A DNA stretch of 64,000 nt from an uncultured Verrucomicrobiae bacterium (GTDB lineage Bacteria > Verrucomicrobiota > Verrucomicrobiia > Chthoniobacterales > Terrimicrobiaceae), in assembly GCA_963706955.1 (NCBI GenBank), contig CAVPOC010000008.1:512001-576000 (forward strand), in the 5' to 3' direction. The position numbers and the translations under genes are program-made. The notes beneath the pieces are model-generated. The model did not search any database. It was not told where the DNA came from and saw only the letters and a program-made list of their open reading frames with translations. Each line of letters starts with the position of its first letter. Positions within the stretch are counted from its first letter, which is position 1. Shown here one piece after another: positions 63,659-64,000 of the stretch.

Positions 63659-64000
63659 ATGCACGTTGCGCCAGCCAGTAGTCAGATTTCAGAATCCATC
63701 AGTGAGGAGTATGAGACGCGCGCGGGGGAGTTCCGCGAAGCTTTCGAGCGCTTGCGCACGGAGATGGGCAAGATTCTTGTTGGTCAGGTAGACGTCATTC
63801 ACAGCGTGCTGACGGCGTTTTTTGCCGAAGGCCATGCCCTGCTTGAGGGAGCGCCAGGCTTGGGAAAGACCGCAATCGTTCGAACCTTGGCAGCCGCCGC
63901 CGGACTGAGATTTTCCCGGATCCAGTTCACGCCCGACCTAATGCCCTCGGACATAATCGGAACGAATCTCATCGTCGAGGACCAGCACGGCACCAAGCGC
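63659..64000 (+). CDS. moxR: MoxR family AAA+ ATPase (3' partial)
   Basis: [36 protein letters not shown]. Confidence 0.92.
   Translation, partial: MHVAPASSQISESISEEYETRAGEFREAFERLRTEMGKILVGQVDVIHSVLTAFFAEGHALLEGAPGLGKTAIVRTLAAAAGLRFSRIQFTPDLMPSDIIGTNLIVEDQHGTKR

Overview
A 64-kb chromosomal segment of a Verrucomicrobiota bacterium, probably Chthoniobacterales/Spartobacteria-like judging from 16S signatures and repeat families. Many housekeeping genes carry single-base frameshifts, most likely long-read or assembly indels. Core content: CCA-adding enzyme, sdhCAB, gluQ, tmRNA, yajC-secDF, a complete minus-strand rRNA operon (16S-tRNA-Ala-tRNA-Ile-23S-5S), gnd, pgsA, GT2/gmd, mlaF-like ATPase, pxpBCA, P-II and moxR. 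Accessory content: a ~13-kb island (22310-35427) bounded by a duplicated tmRNA 3' end. It holds an ECF sigma plus Ser/Thr kinase-STAND ATPase pair and a deleted relic of a second such pair, a RAYT-type Y1 transposase with terminal inverted repeats, and a decayed integron (truncated intI, one intact attC, two cassettes). Outside the island are a 299-bp MITE, REP-like palindromes and a 377-bp tandem duplication with mostly synonymous divergence. The most striking signal is a family of hairpins built from 4 heptamers (GTTGATG-like) paired with 4 inverted heptamers. One copy brackets a four-helix-bundle (23S rRNA IVP-family) gene wedged between sdhA and sdhB. Gene-less copies sit inside 23S rRNA helix 63 and beside tRNA-Ala, and more degenerate periodic hairpins sit between the ITS tRNAs and behind the displaced tmRNA end. 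Together these suggest an RNA-level intervening-sequence element family with gene-carrying and gene-less forms.
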